This document shows positions 61,193 to 64,000 of a stretch of DNA of 64,000 nucleotides, in pieces (within the stretch, counting starts at the first letter, position 1; the number at the start of each line of letters is the position of its first letter). The stretch comes from Octopus vulgaris (lineage: Eukaryota). The stretch lies in the NCBI GenBank assembly GCA_951406725.2, contig OX597839.1, positions 2,604,001 to 2,668,000 of the forward strand. The letters run 5' to 3'. Below the pieces are notes generated by a model. That model saw only the letters and a list, made by a program, of their open reading frames with translations. It was not told where the DNA came from and ran no database searches. The position numbers and the translations under genes are program-made.

Positions 61193-61943
61193 TCCAGTGA
61201 TGGCTTGGAGCTGTAGTCTTTGTATCAGTTATCTCCTTTCTGGTTTTGAGAAGCCTGATTTCTCAAGATTGATACTTAGACAGTGTGTTCCATATCCCGG
61301 TGACCCAATAATTATTTGTAATCTGAGAAGAGTAACTGTAAACTTCTCAATAGTTCAGCATAGGTATGTATGTAAGTTCCTGTCAACATTTCCTTGAAAA
61401 AAAAAGCTGTCTGGAATGGATTTTCCATTTCCTATGACATGTTTGCTGGATTCTTTTTCTCGATTTTACTAGATAACACAAGTCCTGCTGACACAGACCA
61501 ACATCAATCTCTTCGGATTCTGTGTGCTAGTTATAACCAACCTTTCAATTCAACACCAAATTCTATCACCAATCTTTGAGTAGCAAATATTGTATTACTG
61601 TCTGATAATATCTATAGTGATATCTGCTGATATCTGTAGATATCTGGTTGAATCCTCAAAGGAGATTGCTTTTTCTGCTCTTGATATCAAATAAGAAATC
61701 TCAATGGACATTAGGAAAAGAGATCACTAGTGGAGAAAGGGGCAGAAAGAGATAGCTGATGAGAAATACACACACACACACATATGCAGACTAACACAGA
61801 TATATATGTGTGTGAGTGTGTATATACGCACATATACATATGCATTTAGATACATACATATGTATATATACATATATATATATATACATACATACACATG
61901 TATATATACACATATATATATACATACACATGTATATATACAC

Positions 61944-61994
<51 letters not shown>

Positions 61995-62005
61995 CACACA
62001 TGCAT

Positions 62006-62065
62006 ATATATTAAACTGATAAGAGTAGATATTAGATGTTGATCTTAGCCATAAGACTGAGAAGT

Positions 62066-62068
<3 letters not shown>
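62006..62068 (-). pseudogene. U2: Decayed U2 snRNA 5' fragment (about first 60 nt)
   Basis: Minus strand ATAACTTCTCAGTCTTATGGCTAAGATCAACATCTAATATCTACTCTTATCAGTTTAATAT aligns without gaps to the invertebrate-type U2 5' end; embedded in (TA)n. Confidence 0.75.
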
Positions 62069-62129
<61 letters not shown>

Positions 62130-62409
62130 GAGGGGAAATAAATTTGAAAGACAAAGAAACAGAGAATGAGAGAGCAAGAAAGAAACAAAGAAAGAGAGAC
62201 ATACACAGAAGAAAATGCAGAGAGTAAAAGTTGTCTGTTTGTGGTGTATGTTTAAACTTGTACTTTATTTTATCAACGCAAGAAGAATACAATACAAAGT
62301 TGCCACACTGGGATTTGGATACAGAACACAGACGAAGAAAACTAATAAAGTACAAAGCAATTTTTGAGAGACAGTCTACTGATTCCAAAAAATAATAATA
62401 ATAACAATA

Positions 62410-62810
62410 GGCGCAGGAGTGGCTGTGTGGTAAGTAGCTTGCTAACCAACCACATGGTTCCGAGTTCAGTCCCACTGTGTGGCATCTTGGGCAGGTGTCT
62501 TCTGCTATAGCCCCGGGCCGACCAATGCCTTGTGAGTGGATTTGGTAGACGGAAACTGAAAGAAGCTTGTCGTATATATGTATATATATATATGTGTATG
62601 TGTGTGTTTGTGTGTCTGTGTTTGTCCCCCTAGCATTGCTTGACAACTGATGCTGGTGTGTTTACGTCTCCGTCACTTAGCGGTTCGGCAAAAGAGACCG
62701 ATAGAATAAGTACTGGGCTTACAAAGAATGAGTCCTGGGGTCGATTGCTCGACTAAAGGCGGTGCTCCAGCATGGCCGCAGTCAAATGACTGAAACAAGT
62801 AAAAGAGAGT
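62410..62810 (+). mobile_element. SINE family A, full length
   Basis: Matches the family A consensus. Confidence 0.92.
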
Positions 62811-63019
62811 AATAATGATGATGATGCTGATGACGATGCTGATGATGATGAGGGACTCTCCTGTTCAAAGACAACATATATGATTGTTCAGCTTTTGCCA
62901 AACGATCTGCACAAATAATTTGTTTATATTGATCCAATGTATGTGTTGTACATCAGCTCAATCCTTGCATGAAATCAACTTTGCCTGAAGAGGTGCACTG
63001 CACGTAATAATAATAATAA

Positions 63020-63408
63020 TGTGTGGTAAATAGCTTGCTTACCAACCACACGGTTCCGGGTTCAGTCCCACTGCGTGGCACCTTGGGCAAGTGTCTTGTA
63101 CTATAGCCTCGGGCCGACCAAAGCCTTGAGAGTGGATTTGGTAGACGGAAACTGAAAGAAGCCTGTCATATATAAATATATATATGTATATATGTGTGTT
63201 TGTGTGTCTGTGTTTGTCCCCCCAACATCGCTTGACAACCGCTGCTGGTATGTTTACGTCCCCGTTACTTAGCGATTCGGCAAAAGAGACCGATAGAATA
63301 AGTACTAGGCTTACAAAGAATAAGTCCTGGGGTCAATTTGCTCGACTAAAAGGCAGTGCTCCAGCATGGCCGCAGTCAAATGACTGAAACAAGTAAAAGA
63401 GTAAAAGA
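63020..63408 (+). mobile_element. SINE family A, slightly 5'-truncated
   Basis: Matches the family A consensus. Confidence 0.9.
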
Positions 63409-63699
63409 ATAATAATAATAATAATAATAATAATACTATAGGCACAATGCTAGTCAATTACATCGACCCCAGAATTTCACTGGTACTTTCCTTATCAATC
63501 TCGAAAGGATGACAGACAAAGTGAACCTCTGCGAAATCCAAACTTAGAGTGTAAAGACAGATAAAATGCCACTAAGCACTTTGTGCAGTACACTAATGAT
63601 TCTACCTAACTGCTAAATTACAGGGAACACACACACACTGTTAAGCAGTGTGCAGTGAGAAACTCAGAGACAAAGACACATACACATGCGAGTGCCACA

Positions 63700-63845
63700 C
63701 AGCATCAGGAAAGGCATCCAGCTGTAGAAACCATACCACAACTGACAGCTGGAATCTGGACAGCTCCCAGCTAGCCAGCTCCATGCCAAACCATTCAACC
63801 CATGCCAGCACAGAAAGTGGGTGTTAAACAATGATGATGATGATT
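63700..63845 (+). mobile_element. RTE 3'-UTR remnant (family E)
   Basis: GGAAAGGCATCCAGCTGTAGAAAC...CCCATGCCAGCAC...(GAT)n. Confidence 0.75.
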
Positions 63846-64000
63846 ATTAGGAATTGTATAAGAAATTAAGATATTTGTAGAAGTGTATTGGAGATAAATT
63901 TTCACAATGTAATCTTATGTGGACCCCAAGGACCATATGAACTCCAGTTGAGAACCACTGAGTTAAAATGTATGTGATGTATTTATATACCAATGTGATG

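Noticed and set aside
61193-61720. 500-bp unique stretch as a possible exon
   Set aside because: Only short ORFs, with no recognisable motif or paired splice sites.

Overview
This 64-kb window is AT-rich, repeat-saturated eukaryotic non-coding DNA. From the repeat repertoire I infer it is an octopus (coleoid cephalopod) intron or intergenic region. I find no convincing host protein-coding exon; almost every ORF in the track is a translation of microsatellites or SINEs. Contents: (1) about 30 full or partial copies of a CORE-type tRNA-SINE with an internal (TA)n/(GT)n microsatellite, about 20 copies of a second tRNA-SINE, and two further tRNA-SINE families. (2) 3' fragments of two RTE-clade LINEs, many RTE 3'-UTR remnants with variable tandem arrays, and a Dong/R4-type 3' end sitting in (TAA)n. 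(3) hAT and piggyBac-type MITEs and non-autonomous Helitrons. (4) A near-full U2 snRNA copy plus a second decayed U2 5' fragment, and a decayed triple C2H2 zinc-finger remnant. The most interesting signal is a set of at least five short non-coding repeat types. Each carries a minimal type-I hammerhead-ribozyme core, several with non-canonical core bases. Several insertions have fold-back (inverted-duplication) ends, mostly next to (TA)n. This is the architecture of Penelope-like-element (PLE) termini and retrozymes. One type additionally has a tRNA-like Pol III head. All alignments were done by eye; no database searches were run.
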